A stretch of DNA of 64,000 bases from assembly GCF_030144855.1 (NCBI RefSeq), contig NC_082722.1:27714001-27778000 (forward strand), in the 5' to 3' direction. The notes under the pieces were generated by a model. It did no database searches, was not told the origin of the DNA, and worked only from the letters and a program-made list of their open reading frames with translations. This document shows, piece by piece, positions 61,996 through 64,000 of this stretch. Source of the stretch: Hypanus sabinus (Eukaryota). Position 1 is the first letter of the stretch. Each line of letters begins with the position of its first letter. The position numbers and the translations under genes are program-made.

Positions 61996-62123
61996 GACTT
62001 ACACGTGGACAACAACACGCTGGACGAAAAAGATGTGATATCATTAACGTACATCACAGTAATTGGCTGTGCGATCTCTGCCATCTCCTCAGCCATCACA
62101 GTATTTCTTTACTGTGTGGTGAG
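61996..62123 (+). pseudogene. ADGRG-like stalk + TM1 exon
   Basis: ttatcaaag|GAC...AG|gtgagt: DLHVDNNTLDEKDVISLTYITVIGCAISAISSAITVFLYCVVR, matching the LTYI-x-x-x-GC-x-IS TM1 pattern of ADGRG receptors. Confidence 0.9.
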
Positions 62124-63059
62124 GTGAGTGACCCCATCCAGTGAGATCTGTGGGAGCATCACTGATCAGACTGCACCTGTCGTAACCTCAGTCCACTCAG
62201 GAGTTTGTGTGCTTCACAGATCAGTCTCTGCTGTGAACCTTCTAATTATATCTACATGGAGCAGTAAAGAAATGGACACTGATTATTTATCACTCACACT
62301 GTCACTAACTATCTCTGTATAAATTACCCAACAAAGACCCTGACAGTAACTACAGATTACCAAGCACCGACATTACATTACAAACCAGTTAATGGCTAAG
62401 CTGATTCCTTTACAACCCAAGGGTGTTGACAGTGGTGTCCTCAGTGTTAAAAGCTGAATGCTCATTACTTACTGGATGCAGAATGCTAATTGAGGACATC
62501 TGCACTGGAATAAGGTTACAGCCAATGGCATACTCCTTGTGTGCCACCGCCTGTAACCCAGCTGTGTCCCCCTTGCCTGATCACTGTTAAACCAAAGGGG
62601 TAATTAATTCCTTTACCTCCTGGCTCCTATTTCCAGTGTGGATCCCACACAAGCACAACAAAAGCCTCGGTGATGTCTCCAGGATTGCTGATGAAGTGTT
62701 TAACTGTGTGAAACACTCTGGAGGAGCTCGGCACCACAGTGGCTCGTGGTCACTGCACTCTACAGAATGTAGCTCAGCCTCTCAATTCAGAGTCTCAAAG
62801 GGCTGGGCAACAGGAGCAATGGGAGCAAGGGAGGGAGAGGAGGAAGGGGGAGAAGCAGGGGAGGAGAAGGAGAAGGGAAGAATGGCAGAAAGGGGACATT
62901 CAGAGTCAATTTCTAGTAATTTTGTCTTTGCACTGAACTGCTGCTGACAAACAGCTGATTTCATGTCATGTGATAATAAATTTAACTCTGAATTAAACAG
63001 TTTTCTACAGCCTTGCACATTGTCCTTGAATTGTTCTTGATTTTTTTTATTAACAGATT

Positions 63060-63760
63060 TTGCACGGGGAGCATTCTCCAAATTTGAGGTCAAAATTTGG
63101 AAGCATGATAATAGAATTCAAGGGAATGTAGATGATTTGGAGAAATGGGATGATATACGCTGGATTAAATTTAATCCAGAAAATTGTAGTGTAAATTCCA
63201 ATAGGAAATGCAATAAAAAGAGCACAATTTTGAAAGCACAGTAGAGAAGTAGTGATAAAGGAGTGTAGTGTATAAATCATTTAAAGCGGCAGGACAGATA
63301 ATGAATGTAGTTTAAAATAAAAGCCTGGTATTCTGGACTTTATAAACACAGGCATACAGTTAAGGAGATCATGATGAATCTTCATCAAACACTGGTTATC
63401 CACAACTGTGCTCAATTTCAGGCACCTCCCCTCAAAAAACTATTACTGAACACCCTGCGGAGGGTACAAGATAGGTTTAAGGGAATGATTCCAGGGATGA
63501 AGGACTTATTTATTTTTCCTGGACAAATTGGGAAAGATAAGTTGTACCTGTTGGAAGAGAATGATCAGAACATAATTAGAGGTATTGAAAATCATGAAGG
63601 ATCTTCAGAATACAAAACGAAACTTTTCCTTTTGGTGGAGAGTAGTGAGGGAGAGCAAATGAAAAGAGGACTAGTTAAATTGTAATTGTATAGGGCTGGC
63701 ATGTTCTTGATGGGCTGAATGACCTGTTTCCCTACTGTAACCTTTCTGATTGTGTGAATC
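63060..63760 (+). mobile_element. Decayed CR1 3' fragment
   Basis: ctggtattctggactttataaacacaggcat..., agggtacaagataggtttaagggaatgattccaggg. Confidence 0.65.
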
Positions 63761-64000
63761 TTAAAAGGGTGCTTTTATAATCGAATTTGAATCATCACAT
63801 ATATTTGTTTAATTAAGCTTGTAACAATTATGTATAGTAAAGTACCAAATTTCTTGTCTAAAGTTATTAAATAACTTTTTTAACTTCTCTCAGGAGTACC
63901 TTTACAACAGCAATACTGAAGTAGATCAACACAGAATGATCAACGTGAACTGGTGTAATAAGACAACTCAGACAAAAATTGTGTCCCTGAATAGAGCTGC

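Larger units (their letters stand above)
55910..62123 (+). pseudogene. Adhesion GPCR, ADGRG1/3/5 (GPR56/97/114)-like, pseudogenised; 5' and 3' exons not located
   Basis: Five ordered, phase-compatible exons encode GAIN-GPS-TM1. Lesions: TAA at 55991-55993, acceptor TG instead of AG at 56472-56473, and a 2-bp insertion at about 60451-60452. Confidence 0.88.

Noticed and set aside
63894-64000. Open phase-0 frame after cttctctcag at the window end
   Set aside because: Wrong phase for the exon after TM1 and no TM2-like sequence.
1-64000. CRISPR arrays, rRNA, tRNA genes, operons
   Set aside because: None seen. The recurring 30-40-nt motifs are dispersed retroelement termini, not regularly spaced arrays.

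Overview
Eukaryotic, intron-containing, TE-rich DNA. The repeat repertoire (CR1, Rex-Babar, Penelope, V-SINE-type) suggests a cartilaginous fish, probably a ray; this is inference. Two host loci can be supported. (1) A minus-strand immunoglobulin-superfamily gene, reconstructed by hand with compatible splice phases and no stops: leader (16776-16830), V exon with a germline-fused J-like G strand (16269-16574), C1 exon (11329-11622), TM exon (8919-9017), plus unresolved cytoplasmic exons. It looks like a non-rearranging VJ-C1-TM receptor. A 49-nt copy of the C1 exon tail with its own AG/GT lies between C1 and TM. (2) A plus-strand adhesion GPCR of the ADGRG1/3/5 type (five exons, 55910-62123: GAIN, GPS, TM1), inactivated by a nonsense codon, a lost splice acceptor and a 2-bp insertion in the GPS exon. 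The rest is nested mobile DNA: CR1, Rex-Babar, L1/Tx1 and R4-clade LINEs, Penelope elements with minimal hammerhead ribozyme motifs, a hAT element with a perfect 8-bp TSD, a Chapaev3-like transposon, a Tc1 fragment, Gypsy remnants and solo LTRs. There are two N gaps. No rRNA, tRNA or CRISPR features were seen. All family assignments come from motif recognition, not database searches. TE boundaries are approximate unless a TSD is quoted.
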